A stretch of DNA of 64,000 nucleotides, from NCBI RefSeq assembly GCF_964355755.1, contig NC_092672.1, positions 7,750,001-7,814,000 of the forward strand. The letters run 5' to 3'. The DNA is from Antedon mediterranea (Eukaryota; Animalia; Echinodermata). The translations under genes and the position numbers were made by a program. The notes below the pieces were generated by a model. It saw only the letters and a program-made list of their open reading frames with translations. It was not told the origin of the DNA and made no database searches. Positions 15,601 to 29,200 of the stretch are shown here, one piece after another; within the stretch, counting starts at the first letter, position 1, and each line of letters begins with the position of its first letter.

Positions 15601-17959
15601 GTGTCACTAAATTGAATGCAGACTAAATTTGCAAGACACAGTTCCACATGAACATTCTCAGACAGAAAAACAATTGTGTCTATTCGTACTGGATTACTAG
15701 TAACTAATAGCGCAACAATTACACGTTCGGCATCTGGCTTCGAGAGAAAGTTGAAGCGTTTAACCCATGGGAAAATCCAACAATGACAAAAAAGGAAACT
15801 ATACCACTATGACACTCATATGTTGGGACCAATACTGTTAGATAGCTTCTTTCAAGTAGGACAGCACTAATGTATATGGTAAATTATGAACACAGTATGT
15901 TCGATTTAATCAGGAAGGAAGGAGAAATATATCGTTTGTATCTAAATGCTTAATTACTCTTGATGACGCATGCCAAGTACTATTTCTGTTCGAAAAGACC
16001 TGGGACTATATATACGGCAGTCGTGGATATTATCAAAATTAGTTAAACACTCCTGACACTGCGCGCAAAAACTTTAGAGATCTCAGTGGCAGGGACAGAC
16101 ATGATTTATGCACAGTGTGCCTATAGACATGCATATGCATTCGCCATTTCAGTGTAATAAATATGTAGGCCTACGGTAATTATCCAAATGAAATGGTTAT
16201 TGTTGCTAAGCAATAAAATACGTTTACTGTTACGCACCAGTTTATCCGTTGACTATCACACAACAATAACATCATAATTTTGCATAGTTATTCTTTCATA
16301 ATTTATTTCTATAATACTGTCATATATTAATAACTAATAAAAGTACAATGCACCGCTAGAGAATGCACCATCGTATTAATATTTTGAAATTTGTTTCATA
16401 TAAATTTGTTATTATACCTGTACTTATTAATTATCTGTTGGCCCAGTACTCAACGAGTGTTTAGTTCAAATATTAATGCATTGAAGATGAGGCTTGGGCC
16501 AACCAACAGGCAGAGTCATGTGTTTATTCTGCGGGAGATCATTGAACCCTTAGCACTTTATATCGTATGCTGGGGAATATTATTATTAGACCAGCCGTCC
16601 GTATGCTTATTAAACCGCAATTGTAGTTCAATATTATAATAATACAAAAAATAGCATTGAAATAGTCAATATTACAGTAATATAAAAAAGATTTTAAATT
16701 ATGACAATATGAATTACGTACAGTAGATACTGTGTAGTGTACAGAGCACCCTAGATTTGCCCTGTACAGTAGTAGTTATTGTCTTTGTAAGTAATGGTCT
16801 TTTTTATGTTAATCCTGAAGTCGGTGGTATGTTTTCGATGATGTTTGTCTATACGTTTGATAACGTCCAAAATATTTTCTTTTAACTAATTACAATCTAG
16901 AACCTAGTAGTATAGTATCATACGATTTTGAAATACAAAAATACTCTCACGAATAAAACGGCACTTTTAAATATGATATTGTTTTATACATTAAAAAAAT
17001 AATGGATAATAGATGTATCTATGAAAATAACATGACACATTCGGTTATTTTGAGTGAAATTGCGTAAGAATGTACCACGAGTACAAATCCGCGCAAATTT
17101 CGCTAAGGAACATTCGGACGGATTGCTCATTATTATAATATTAATAACAAAACTAATATCAAATATAGATCATTATGACGCCATCGGCTGATAAAAGGTG
17201 TGTTATGTTGTTGAGTATTATCAGAGTTAAGTAATAAGCTGAGTAAATCATGCAACCACCACACCATTGTATAATGTTCAATATAGCGGTTACCTACAAA
17301 CACAAGACAAGATAATGGAAACTTTATCGAGATGAATTAGTAATTTAGCAAACACTTAAAAGACAACACCGCCACATTCAACTGGTGATATCAATCACAT
17401 TCAACCTGAAGTCGTTTATGATTTGATTCTTTTACTTTAAATTTATGATTTACGATCAACAATCACTTGTGGCCTATTACATTAGGTTACCTACATTATC
17501 TGGATTAGGTATGCCATCAAATTAATTAATATTTTACCAAAAGTAGGGCACAACAATATTATAGCACGGAGGCAAGATGTCATTTGTAAAATATCGAGCT
17601 AGCTCCATATTGAAATCTGTATAGTCAAAAGTGTTTCATCTGTTCACAAACTAATGGCTTATTACATAATTGAAAAATATGGATAATGTGGGTGGGTTTC
17701 AAATTTTGATTCATTTCCACTATAAAATTAGCCTTGGTATTTCAGCGGGGATGAGGTGGTCAAGTTGTTTTTTTTTTAACTTGGGAGCGCTAACATATTA
17801 TATATAGTCTGTCAAACATATAGCAACATTTCATTTTAGCTGTCCTTAGCGGGGCCTCCATCTCCACCTAGTGCAGTATGCACGTGTGATGAAGCCTCAC
17901 CCAGGTAACCAATGATTCTTCTCGACTATGTCTAATCGTAAACAATCGATTATAAATTA

Positions 17960-18103
17960 CAGTTGAACTTCTCCACTGGGACACCTCAATTCAGGGGACA
18001 TTTTCCCTTTGAACTTATGTCTTAACAGCGAATCCCTATTCAAATGTATCTAGTAAGAGGACACTTGATGATTCAGAAGGTGTCCCTTATAAGGATTCTA
18101 CCG
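17960..18103. mobile_element. Tc1/mariner(pogo)-type MITE remnant
   Basis: TA|CAGTTGAAC...GGGACACC ... GGTGTCCC...GATTCTACCG|TA: imperfect terminal inverted repeats starting CAG, flanked by TA. Confidence 0.55.
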
Positions 18104-21100
18104 TAGGCCTATTGATTTTGTGGTTCTTTTTTTTTTCAATTAAAAGAACAACTATCAGGAATATTAATTAATTCAAAATTTAAACATGAAGGAATTCCTC
18201 TATGATTGAAATCACTCACTGAACTATACAAATGACGTCATACTACTTACTTAATGTATATATATTATCTACTTACGTTTTTCATGATGGCACTACAAAT
18301 AGTATCAACAACGTCTTACAATAATGTGTATTGCATGTTCTATTGATTTTCTTTCGAGTCAAACTACATTAGCGTAGAACATGAATTAAACATTATCAAC
18401 GAAGATTAACAGTATTAGTAGCCGTTGACATTTAGATGCAACTGAGACCTTACTTGTCAAATAAAATACGTAGGTCTAATATATGCGAATACATTCATGA
18501 GGCTTTTATCGTATTGTATTATTAAAAAATGCCTACGTTGTTTTGTTATGAGTATTCTTTATACATTGGGGGGGGGGGGGAATCCTTGGGACTTAGAAAG
18601 TGACCCTTTAATTAGGGGTGAGGGTGTGTCTTGAACAGTGATTGGCTGCAATGTTAAATATTTTCACTCGTTTGTTTCACGGAAAAGTGTCTCCTTGATA
18701 AGGGTGGGCCGTGGATAGGGTGTACCAATAGAAAAGTTAATTGTTAATTGTAATTAAAGAGATCGTTATTTAATAGTATGCAGTATTACATATAGTGACT
18801 TTCCCACGACCACATATGGCATCCTGTTTGATTCTCACTATGCATTCTACTTATGATTGTTTCTCATAATTAATGTTCGTGATGAAATTGACAAGTAGGC
18901 TAGACCATATTTATACTAAGCTCTATATAAGATTTCCGAAAATCGCCGAAACATAGAATGATATAGAAAGTAGTTAATCGCTGATACCGACTATATTTAC
19001 GTTAATTGTATTAAGTATCCCCACTATACATAAGGTTTGGAGGGAATGAATATAAATTATAAGTTAATGTACTGAAGCGACAAAATTAACCATCACGGGA
19101 TTTGAACCTGGAAATGGAATTCTACACTTGTGCACGTCAATCAGCTGAACTCAGCGATCGGAAGAGTTTCGTGTTAGATTTTAGAGAAAAAAACAACATT
19201 AATTGATTTGGCAAATTTAGTTTACCTTGTCTTAAAAACCGTAGGCATTACGATATAGCAGTTAGACGACCTATCTTGGTTCTTTACGACTACTAGACTA
19301 CTACCTAGGAGTATCACTATGGATTTGCTACCGTACACACAATCCTATTAATTTATCAGTGTCGTAAATTAAACCATCATAGAAAATTAGACAATAGTAA
19401 AATTATAACCTACTGTTTGGCGAATGGATAAGCGGGTAGTATTCACTAGCTGTATAACTGCTGTAAAAACGAGCCGATACTTTCTCATTCAAGCTACACG
19501 ATAGCCCTGATTCACCGCAGTTCCCACCGTAAACCGTGTCTCAGCTGACTGGGTCTGTTTCAACTAACACAGACATTTCCACTAATAGTATACAAATAAC
19601 ACCGCTTGCTCAAGCAGAATAGCATTGTTTGTCAATAGGAACAAACGTACAAAAATGCGTGATTCATCCACTCACGTTCAACATAATTAAGTTCATTTCA
19701 TAGTGCTAGGCCCATGTGTCTGTACAAACGACGAGTCTTAATAATTCACAACCGTTCAAACTCGATTCTTAATTCACATTCCTGACGTGAGTAAAATCAT
19801 TCAGAAAACATAACGCTATACGTACGACCTTTACGTCATCAATCGTCTGCAAATTATCTGAAGGTAATAACACAAAAAGGCAGTCCTAACCGCAACAAAA
19901 CGCAGGTATTATATCAATGAAACCGCATAATACGTGGATATAGTACGGTACTGCCACAACAAAACAATTTTACTATTTTTATGTCAAATTGTATTTTATG
20001 CGTTGTAAATCATTTCAACAATAATTTATCATATGTGTTAAATAAACAGACGCACTGATATACTAACCGAACATTTTAAGTAAATATTGGCACTTTTCCA
20101 CAATGTGTTGATGCCAAGCAGATAGGCCTACTAATAATTATGTAAGCAAACCACGCATGAAATATTATGTTATATAAATATAGCCTGTAAATATAAGCAC
20201 ATATAATTATGTAGTATAAATAGGCCAACTAACTCTATATTGTTTTATTATCAAATTATAAGGTTGATTATCAACAATTAATTTTTTTAATTAAATGATT
20301 GGCTGTGCCATATTGAACAAACATGTCGCATGGATATCCTGCACTCTGCTATTACTATGCAAATATACATATAATATTTATTTACAATAAGGTTGGAGTC
20401 CTCGTGAGGTAAATCTATCGCTCATACTTACGCATACATTAAATTATCTATTAATATGTATCCGGCTTTTTGTGATGCTTAGTTGATCATAATACAAACT
20501 AGATTGATATTTACTTTAACAACGCCACCCTCTTGAGATCACAGCACGTCACACAGACAGACGAGCCTGATCCCTGGTGGTCTCATAACTATCTAGATTT
20601 TGCAGTGACGGGTCAAGGCTTTTGATAGGGGCACGGCCTACAATTTGTAAGACCAAGTGCTGAACTTAAGCTAACGTTCACGTTGTATTTTTCTAATGGG
20701 GGACGGTCTGCGTTCTCAACAAATATCATGGTTGAATTAAATATGGAAAAGCCTGAAGCCACCAGAGGTTAATTTTTAATTAAGATGACATATTGTTGCA
20801 CGCGTAGGCCTATATCTCGAGTACGGTGCACATTTTTATTAACACAAATTACTGTAGTAATTAAAATATGTCACAGCAGCATTATTGGATTAGGCATTCG
20901 GTGGTAAGCTATAAAGAAGAAGATAAATACGTAATGACACAGTTTACACGTTATACAGTTACCGTGTAAACGTAGCCAGTGCATTATTATACCGTCCCGT
21001 AATCTCAATACAACGAGTATAAAGTAAAAACATAAAGTTAAATGCCGTCGTATTTTATATACAATAGGCCTAAAGATGAACTATTGCATAACATTCGCCG

Positions 21101-24096
21101 ATCCAGTACCAGCAATGATCAATCAGTATCCAGCTTTGCTACGCATTTATACCGATGTACATGACGTCATCCATAACTCAATCATGCATAACCAAAAGTT
21201 ATAACTAGTGCCATCACAACACTATGAATTAGAAACTGATTATTCTTTGTTTCTACATACATACCAAGCATGACTAATCGACTCCTCCCTACTACTGAAG
21301 TATTCAAACAGAGTGTGTCTTGTTTGACATTTTGATAATTAAGGTAATTGATTCGATGATTCCTTCCTCGACACGAAGATTAATTGAATTATTATCTCCG
21401 ATTGAACAGAGTACAACAGCCATTGTTTGCTCAAAAAGGGTTTCACTTACACATGTGTACTACTACTACTCTGTTTCTCCATATAGTTACTTTAATGTTT
21501 GATTCAGATAGATATGTACAATATGCAATATAGACGACCGAATACGATATACAGGGTATCAACATAATTATAAAAATATCAACCGATTCTGTAACTGTCA
21601 CTAGACTTTATATGGAAGACTGTTGCCAGTTACCTATCTAACTGTAATATTTTTTTAATACACGATATCTGTGGCATGAGTTCATATCGACAGACAATGA
21701 ATAACGTTATATTCAAGATACTAAATGCACCGGGAACCAGAATAGCAGGTGTATCGTATTGTTATACCGCATGCAAGAAGAAGGAAGTCAATATGATGAT
21801 CCCACCCCTCCCCCCAGGGGGTAGGTGTTCCACATAGAGTCTAGTGACAGCTACAGAATCGGATGAAAATACAATATTGAGATTTATGTAAGTCGAGTTA
21901 TTATCAGGCGGAGGTTGGGAAGAGGAGTTCGGTTAAATAGATATCAACAATATAATAAACCATGAAAAACTCACTGAAGCCAACAAAAAATAAGGTCGTA
22001 ATGGTTTTTCTAAAGGAAGTTCTTATAATAATGCTACCATGACAACATCATAAATATAGAACATAATCAAATGCGGATGTGTGTATAATAATATTAAGCG
22101 AATTAATGGTAAACCTTGCCATAGGATGTGTACCTTTCTAAACGACCTTCTATTGTTAATCTATATTTTACAACTTGGGGGTGTTGTATAGGTAATAGGG
22201 TGCACATTAGAGTAAAGTCAAGCCAGCTATCTGCGCGAGTATTCGTAATGATTTTGATTACTCATGGTTACGGATGAAAGTAATGAATTTGACAACGAAG
22301 ACAATTATGCTATAAAATGTTAATGACTATCATGAATAGGTTACATAATACTAAAATAATTATAAATAGAAAACACAACGCGTTTAAGATCATTCAGGCA
22401 ACATTTTACAAAACAGTATTACTATCATATCCTTGAGTCATGTCTTATTTAACCGAATTTTTCAAACTCTACTCACAACTTCGCTAACCCCACACCTATC
22501 TCCACCCCTACCCCCTTACAAAAACGGACCTTCATTGCAAATGTGAATTAGTGCATGGAATTATACAGATTATAATGTGCAATAACTGAGACCATCATTA
22601 CTTCAGCCCTGCACCCAGCCAAATGGTACTACCCCTTATCAAAACAAATATGTCTGCCAAATTATTTGAATTTTAAGAGAATAGAAATCCGTAACATATG
22701 TCACATTACTAAACGAAAATAACCCTGCATTCAACATATTAAACTTTTAGATCGGAAACAGTAATGCAGAATTGCAAATTAAGTATTTCCTACCTTACGT
22801 TATGACCTTACGATGACTGTACCTTCAGCAATCACACATAGGCCTAGGCCTAATCCAACATGAATGTGCCATTTTAATGGGTCTCAGAAGGCTATTTCCT
22901 GCTGTTAGTTTCTTTTATTCCAATCCAAAATATTCAACTGTTTAAGAAGATCGATCGCTCAAACACAAGACAATTGCCAACAATCGTTAAACTCGTGACG
23001 TCACCGAATTGTCAATAGGTGTAAAGACAATTAGTATAATAGTATTGTTGTATTTAAGACTATATGGGAAGGTTCTTCTCCCCTTGGTCTCATTTAAATG
23101 TAAAGGTATTGTCAATGAAGTGAATAAACGGCGATGCGATCCGGTCTTGTTGTTGAATCTATTGTCACACGTTTTTCAGTTTACGTTTGATTTGTCTCTT
23201 TGTACTAATACCAATAATGTACTAAAACTAATACACAATCTATTCATTACACCTTTCTTAAAATTGTGTGAACCTAAAGGCTTTGTAGGTAATAGCTTGA
23301 TAAATGATACTTTGACACACGTTTTTATAGAACACTGTGTTTTCCCACGCATGGCTTGCCATGATATACCGTATTATACAAATTACACAGTTGCAAATTT
23401 TTATTTTTTTAATAGTTATAAAGAATAATAGTTGGTTTACAAAATACGTTGTAGAAATAAACATTTATTTACTTCTGCAGAGGATGTACTAAATAAAATA
23501 AATAATACATCATATTATAAAATAATTGTCTCCACATTTTTTCAAAATTAATAGGCCTATAAAAGATAATATTTGGTCACTATCATTACATGAAAATTAG
23601 ATACAAAAGATATTAAGATAATTAATATTTAATAATAATTATAATGTGCAAACTTTAATATTATATTGTATTGAAGAAAGCGAATCATATACTGTATAAA
23701 CAATAAATATATACACGTCTTCTACAGTACTTTTCATTCCTCCTAAACTACGGTTGTGCATGTATGAGGGCGCACATTGCTTCGGTGAAATTGATTTATA
23801 GACAAAATGTATACCGTTGATGGGGCATGTAAAACAAATATTTATCCGCTTATTAAACAAATCCACCCTATACGGTACTCTAGTTTACTGATTTTCTTTA
23901 AATATATTTTCAAATTCTTCCAATAAGATAAAAATATAGAGTGATGGTTGTCTGATCGCAGACAAATTTGTGACTGCATATAGCAGCAATTTGCTTAGGC
24001 TTGTATCATGTAGTTTTACTTTATGCCAATGGTTTTCATTATTCATGAGTGTTTACAATTCAACCATTCATTTCATTTAATAACATTAGTATCATG

Positions 24097-25341
24097 TCAC
24101 GGCAACTTTGGCAACCCTTCTGATTCTTTCTTATGTCTTATTCTCTGATACTTAAGTTCTCGAACAAGATTTGTGTTCAAATTAAGTGGTGGTAATTTAC
24201 AAATATCAGACGATCGCCTTTGAGTTTCTCTCTTTTTTTTATCCTTTATTTTAGTTTCTGGTTTGCTCCTTTCAACAATGCTAGCACCAGAGTTTTTTAA
24301 ATGTAACTTTGTAAATGTTTCGAAACATTTCAATGTCTTTAGGGAATCCCGTGGCTCAATAATTCCTAACATAGTTGAACTTCGTCTTTTGTCGATGTCA
24401 TATTTGGTTTTTTCTTTTAAGTCCGTAAGTCTTTCTTCTGTTTCTTTCTCTCTTCGTTCTCTTTCATTAGTTTGAACCGGACAATACGACCCATTTTGTG
24501 TTTTTCCTTCGGGATTAGCTGATTGTTTTAAACGCGGGAAAACATTAGCTTTTGAATGTCGTTTGCCCTTGATTGTACTATTGCGCATGCGTAACCTTGA
24601 TTTTTTAATTTTCTGACTTTTAATGCTCTCAGTCATAATAACCTCATCGGAATCTTTGTATTTGTTTCTTTTACTTTTATTTGCTTCAATTTCTTTCGAT
24701 CGATCTGATTGATATAAAGTAGGAGTTAAGTTCTGGGACGATATTGCCTGCTGATTTGTATTTTCATGATTGTCAGTCGTGGAATCTGTAACATCATCAT
24801 CTTTACTAGATATGGGTGGCAGAAGGTTAAACTTTCCTGTTCGAAATTCTCCTGACGCCATATTGCAACGTAATTCTATATTCTTAAGTTCATCTATGAC
24901 ACGCTTTACTAAAATTTGTGAATTAGGTGCTTCCAAACGATCTTTTAAACATTGAAGTTCGTGCTCTTTTTGTCGAAGTCGATTATATTCCATCAGAAAA
25001 ACTGGTTCATTTGATCCGTCTCTTAAATGACGCTCAAATTCTGTCTCACTCCCATTCAATCGCCGTTTGGTTTTAGCAATATCCACCAAATTAAATTTTA
25101 AATCATTTTTAAACTTTAATAGCGCCCTCATTTGATGGAGTTCATTGCAGTCTATTTGTTTGTTCGTGTTTTGTAGACGGAAGTTTTCCAATTTATTAGT
25201 AAAATTGGCACGATCTCTATTTTTGTTGCTAACGTGGTGTAGGTGATCCAGTCGTTCTGTGTGGTTTAAATACGCACGATGCTTACGGTTTATACTGGGT
25301 ACTAGATCATCTTGTAATGTACTGGAAGACTGTGACGTCAT
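24097..25341 (-). CDS. Uncharacterised basic, largely disordered/coiled-coil protein, 414 aa, single coding exon
   Basis: Uninterrupted 1245-nt ORF with ATG. A splice acceptor (TTTTTTCATAG) lies ~40 nt upstream, with a candidate upstream donor near 27716. K/R/S-rich with LLPPI, KLPPL and LPKLP motifs; no recognisable domain. Confidence 0.75.
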   Translation of the reverse strand: MTSQSSSTLQDDLVPSINRKHRAYLNHTERLDHLHHVSNKNRDRANFTNKLENFRLQNTNKQIDCNELHQMRALLKFKNDLKFNLVDIAKTKRRLNGSETEFERHLRDGSNEPVFLMEYNRLRQKEHELQCLKDRLEAPNSQILVKRVIDELKNIELRCNMASGEFRTGKFNLLPPISSKDDDVTDSTTDNHENTNQQAISSQNLTPTLYQSDRSKEIEANKSKRNKYKDSDEVIMTESIKSQKIKKSRLRMRNSTIKGKRHSKANVFPRLKQSANPEGKTQNGSYCPVQTNERERREKETEERLTDLKEKTKYDIDKRRSSTMLGIIEPRDSLKTLKCFETFTKLHLKNSGASIVERSKPETKIKDKKKRETQRRSSDICKLPPLNLNTNLVRELKYQRIRHKKESEGLPKLP

Positions 25342-25821
25342 TCTACAAGTGTAATTTTTCCTGAAAACAGGGCCTGCGGTATCTATGAAAAAATGGATAG
25401 TAAATAATTAAAATTAAAGCCAATACGTGATTATTACAATTCACATGTTTTTTATTTTGATAATATAATACCTGCTGTATAATATAACTTACCTACATGC
25501 TTTAAGATATTAGCTTGATTTCAATTATGATAATAAATGTTGTCAAGCTTTTAAAACGAATTTCTCTCATTAACTAAGTGATTTCAATTTTCTGGCAAAA
25601 TTACTGGCCGACATACACGTCACACAGTCAATTAAGTAGGCCTAAAATGGTCCGAGTCTTTCCTGGTCTAGTATCATCACTAAATTAGGTCTACTAATTA
25701 CTGTTAAATTATTATAACTGTTAAAGGTGTTTTAAATGTGGTTTATTACGACGAATAAACACCAGTGAAGTAAAGTTTGTTGTTATTTGTTTAATAACTT
25801 AAATGTTTTAGACTGTTATTG

Positions 25822-25890
25822 TACAGAATACAGAATACAGAATACAGAATACAGAAATGTATTGGTCCAAAAGGAAATTCGTTTCGTTAA
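25822..25890 (-). repeat. (TACAGAA)5 microsatellite, probably the 3' tail of a non-LTR retrotransposon
   Basis: Five TACAGAA units at 25822-25856. On the minus strand they follow GAATTTCCTTTTGGACCAATACAT, resembling the stem-loop + polyA-signal + tandem-repeat tail of Rex/CR1-clade LINEs. Confidence 0.5.
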
Positions 25891-26055
25891 CAAGCTGTCA
25901 AACAATTAATTAAAAATATATAAAAAGTCATGAATACAAAAATACAAGATCTTATAAAAATACGAATAAACATCAAAAAGACAAAAATATAAAAAATATA
26001 TCGTAACATATAAAATATATAAAAAATTATATATATATATATATATATTAGCAGT

Positions 26056-26226
26056 CTAATGGTTAAGACATCTGCATATCAAGCAGGCGGTCCGAGTTCG
26101 AGTCTCGGTTGGGGCGACTTTTTCTCATTCTCACAGATTTCCTCATCATTATCGTTTCAAATTAATTAATACAATTTCAGTATATCACCGGGCGGTTTCG
26201 AATTAATTTTCATTGCCTAATGTGTT
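26056..26226 (+). mobile_element. 5'-truncated tRNA-derived SINE with ~16-bp target-site duplication
   Basis: tRNA-like head CTAATGGTTAAGAC-ATCTGCATATCAAGCAG-GCGGTCCGAGTTCGAGTCTCGG (D arm, anticodon arm, T arm/B box) lacking the 5' acceptor strand; flanked by TATATATATTAGCAGT at 26040-26055 and 26227-26242. Confidence 0.7.
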
Positions 26227-29200
26227 TATATATATTAGCAGTATTATATACGGATATACAGATTACATACAAATTACATATTCAATATAAAATATAACAA
26301 TATTGTAGCATAACAACCAAAACGTCCAGGCGGTCTCAGCATATTTCTTTTTAGAGAGGTACGGTATGTAGGTCTACTGGGCCTACCACAAACTTTAATT
26401 ACTGGTGTTTATTTCTAAAATAACAATCTAAACTTGGAAATATTTTGTAGGTTCTTACAAAATGTATAATATACAGATATCAGGTAGATATCAAAAGATA
26501 GGCTACAGCATTATATATTAAAATATTCAGTAAACAGTAAAATCTTCTATAATACAATCGTTTAAAGTATGCAAATGCACCATTACAATATAAATACCTT
26601 GATTTACTAAACAGTGACAGACTTTAACAATAGGATTACAGAGATATAACAAGTATTAACAAAAAGTGCTGTTAAAAGCTGAAGTGCTTCACTGATCATG
26701 GTTGCTATTATGAATGCCATAAGCCTGAAGTCCCTTCACGATCTGTATATTTTTGTCCTTCTGAGCCATTAATTCATTAACAAATCAGGCCTAGCATCGG
26801 TGTCTTTTTCAGGCATATCGGTTGATATAGAATTATATTTTGTTTTTATATTAGGTATACAGTATTTCAACAATAGATGAATTATCTTCTCCGTGTTTAA
26901 GTCACATTTTTTTAATGTACAACCTTTTTAAGTCAGTATAGGCCTATGAAAACGACATTTAGAATTCTGCTTAACAGCTCAGTGGAATCGGAACATTCTT
27001 TAAATTAAATGTTTATAATCATAAGTTTTATTGCCTTACTTCTATTGATCAAGTAAACCCTTCCTACCTTGCCAACGAGTTAGTATCATATTTATCCCCT
27101 TCTTCTTAGCTTAGTAAATCGCCTGGTCACGATGATTACACGCGGTGTACTACTCTGAGGAGTCTAACGCAACAATGCGTTCATTAGATAATGGAATTAA
27201 GTAACATATTGTCTGGATCAACAGTTTATGTCCAGAAGGTGCCCCCAAGTAAACAGGTTACTTTTATGGTTCAAGTTCAAAGAGGCGTTGACAAACATAT
27301 ATTGAATCAACCATGACGATTCACTCACGTTGTTCGAAATAAAGATTGATCAAGTACAATTGTTCTTAAAGTGTTAAATGATTGAAAGACGTTTTCAAAC
27401 TAGAGGATTGATTGAAATAAACCGACAAAAATACTGACAGTCAATCTTTAGTTGTACAGTATAAGAAAGACAGACAACGTCATTATTAAAGCAGCTTGCT
27501 TATAGAGAAGCAGACGGTACATAAACGATATTAAATCTAGCTATAAGTTTAAACCATGTCGGTAAAAACTATATAACCACTTTAAAAAGTGTTCCTAATC
27601 TTTAGCTATCGTAATTTGATGTACAGACTGTGTGAAGAGGTACGGCAATACCGCTTGTATTTTTAGACTTAAACGATGTTACAAACATATAACATAAACA
27701 ATTCATAAAATTCTCACCTGTTTGATCCTACATGTTAATATATCCCTTTATTAGTAAAAGAATATCCACTGCATTATAATATTTTTCTATGAAAGTAATA
27801 TTTTAAAAACTACAGTATTTAAGAGACTAACGAAATATTAACCTGACGGACCGTTGTTCTTTTCATCATGGCGGTTTTTGTTGGCTTCGTGAACCTCTGG
27901 AATGTAGAAACAGCGCGTGTGGGACCATGCTCTTATTCGTCGCATCAATCATTTTAACTCATAAAAAACAGGTATAGGCATAGGGGGAAACCTTTTACGG
28001 GAGCTCAGATAGACCACCAACAAAATTTGATATATTTATTACGAAAGCCTGAAAGTCATTTTTAAAAGTTGTAGAACGCCTATGTTTCAGTATAGTAACA
28101 TTAAATAGTAATTAGGACAATTCGAAAGGTTCGAGCATGCAGAGATGTATTGTCCCCCAAAAACATAAAAAATGAAGATTAATTTAATCAGACTTTAAAA
28201 GGTTAATTTAGAAAGAAAACAAGATTAAACAAGAATATTTCTTACAAAAAACGCTGCTCGCTTATTGTTATTGCTAAGGTCAAGTCTGGGGGTCACTTCA
28301 TCACGCCTAGATACTTCAAGTATCCTATTACAAACAAAAACTTCAATGGACTGTTTTGATAATAATTCAATGATTATCTGACAGCGAATTATATCATGGG
28401 ACTCATAAATACCAGAATGCTTTGGGATTTGTCGTTAGACTCTTTTCTCAACCGTTTTTGGATTCAACAGGTGGTACCAATATAAATTATAGTGGAGTTT
28501 CCATTTTAACAAAAATGTCAAAGTGTAGTACTATAAAGCTGCTTGATTTCATCTAATGAATGAGTCATCTCGTGTGACGTAGCGGGCTAGAGCAGCAGCG
28601 TGACAAATAACTTCATGGTAAAATTCAAACCAAATCCCAATTGGCTGCCAGTGAATTAAACTTTATTTGATTTTTCAAGTAAATAAATTTGTAGTTTTCG
28701 ATCCAATTTTTTTTGTAAAAGTGGATAACCATTGTGTGAATAAAAATCACATATTAAACAAAACGTTGTTTTTTTTAAGAATTATTTTTTCTTCAGAATT
28801 AAGAATTATTATTAAGTAAAATATTAAATTGTTTTCTCGGTTCTGTACAACGTGGAAATTCAACGTGTTTTTTCTTAAATCTAGATTCTTCTCAAGAAAT
28901 TACGGTAACCAGTACTTTAAAATGTTTTGACAAAAACATCTTACGTAAAATTTAAAACTGGACTTGACGTAGGCATATCATTTTTATATAAATAATAATA
29001 ATCCTTAAAAACGACAACAAATAAAAAAAATACATTAAAAAAGTTTAAAGCCTAAAATAAACTACATGTAGGCCCTAGAAAATAAATAAAATTGGACAAC
29101 AAACTTGTCCTTTCAAAACATATTGTAAGTCTACTAACTCACCAATTTCCTCAATCATGTTTACACGTCTGGTTACTTCTACTGGTGTAGAATCTGGATG

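Noticed and set aside
26049-26118. Functional tRNA gene
   Set aside because: 5' acceptor strand is missing, the anticodon loop is non-canonical, and the sequence is flanked by a target-site duplication; treated as a SINE.
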